DNA of 64,000 nucleotides from Eledone cirrhosa (lineage: Eukaryota): NCBI GenBank assembly GCA_964016885.1, contig OZ024760.1, positions 17,980,001 through 18,044,000 on the forward strand, in the 5' to 3' direction. Below the pieces are notes generated by a model, which saw only the letters and a program-made list of their open reading frames with translations, searched no databases and had not been told where the DNA came from. The position numbers and the translations under genes are program-made. Position 1 is the stretch's first letter, and every line of letters starts with the position of its first letter. Below, piece by piece: positions 62,738 through 64,000 of this stretch.

Positions 62738-63075
62738 TGGAGGCACATGGCTTAGTGGTTAGAGCATTGGCCTTGCAATCGAAAGGTTGTGAGTTCAATT
62801 CTCAGACTGGGTGATGTGTTGTTTCCTTGAGCAAGACACTTTATTTCACATTGCTCCAGTTTACTCAGCTGTAGAAATGAGATGATAGGGACTGGGGTCC
62901 ATATCATTCCACTGCAAAGTGGTCGTGGAGGTGCCACGGCAAAAAAGCACCCAGCACTCACTGTAAATGAGGTTGGTGTTAGGAAGGGCATCCAACTGTA
63001 GAAATCAAGCCAGAATCAGTTCCCGTCCCACCCTTGCAAGCAGGGAAAAGCGGAAAGAAAATGATGATGATGATG
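62738..63075 (+). mobile_element. tRNA-derived SINE, family 1; near-identical partial copy on minus strand near 46975-47245
   Basis: A box TGGCTTAGTGG, B box GAGTTCAATTC, body ccttgagcaagacactttatttcac, (GAT)n tail. Related copies near 12020-12205, 19575-19730, 47620-47812 and 55900-56105. Confidence 0.85.
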
Positions 63076-63801
63076 AGATACTTAGAAGTGAAGTGATTAC
63101 TAATTTTACACGCACTGATGAGCAAAGAATTGGTAATTTCCTTCGCTAAAATTGCAAAACAGCCAACCAAAGCTGTCTGGGAGTTCAGGCAGTTGCCCAA
63201 TATAGGTTTGAATTTCTTTTTCTTGATTTATTATTTTAAATTGAGTCTGGCAAAGTATATTGTTAAGAGTTAGTATTTTTTCACCCTAGCTAACCTGGTC
63301 CCTTACGATTTGATCACATATATGTTTATATCTGTGTTTATCTCTCTTTTATATTCAATTATATTACACAGCTCAGAAAAACCTCTTTCTTTGAGCTATT
63401 TAATTGTAAGAGACTATTTTGAGTTTCTAACTCAATATATACCTTTGATATATATTTATATATAAGCTTTTCCAAGAGATAGCAACATCAATGGACCTCT
63501 TACTTCTCTGTTTCCGCCCTGCCCATCTCTTCAATCTTTCTATTTCTTCTTTAATTCCCCATTCTTTCTTATGATGAAGGAATAGTGTCCAAACCGTTAA
63601 GACTTTCTACCTGTTATTTCAAGCATCAAACTAATATATTCCTTCCAAATACTGTTTTTATTATTTTTATTATTTCTGTCTACCCTTTATATACATACAC
63701 AAACATATATACATATATATATACATATATATATACATATATATGTTGATTTAACACTTCACTGCTTGCAAGTGTTTTTTAAGCTTCATATCATGTCTTC
63801 C

Positions 63802-63872
63802 TATTTTATCTGATGAGAACGCAAATATCATCCCATGATGATATTTGTTTTTGAAATGCACATAATGAAATA
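63802..63872 (+). ncRNA. Type I hammerhead motif (family B-related, different stem II/III)
   Basis: TATTTTAT-CTGATGA-GAACGCAAATATCAT..ATGATATTTGTTTTT-GAAA-TGCACA-TA-ATGAAATA. Confidence 0.65.
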
Positions 63873-64000
63873 CATGGAACTCTTTTAACCATCTTTTGAT
63901 CTTATATTATATACATATATATATACATATATATATATATATACACACAAACATACATATATACGTGTATATATGTATATATATATATATATATACATGT

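Noticed and set aside
62740-62815. tRNA-like sequences
   Set aside because: SINE heads continuing into SINE bodies; no complete cloverleaf.

Overview
AT-rich, microsatellite-dense metazoan genomic DNA. A cephalopod/octopus-like origin is inferred from composition and repeat style only. The one supported protein-coding gene is WDR13 on the minus strand: eight exons between 40254 and 29035 splice in frame into about 342 aa matching the WD40 region and C-terminus of WDR13. Its N-terminal exons were not found in the window. One WDR13 intron (35048-34029) has U12-type (minor spliceosome) signals. The rest is simple repeats, minisatellites, tRNA-derived SINEs, LINE fragments (RTE, CR1, probable Tx1), TTAA-flanked piggyBac-like MITEs, a Tc2/pogo-like MITE and a 200-N gap. 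The most striking signal is a set of short elements from several apparently unrelated families, mostly sitting in (TA)n tracts and often forming fold-back inverted repeats. They carry minimal type I hammerhead ribozyme motifs (CUGANGA...GAAA...NUH) with covarying stem I and palindromic stem III. This matches Penelope-like pseudo-LTR/retrozyme architecture. Nearly all ORFs in the supplied track are repeat artefacts.
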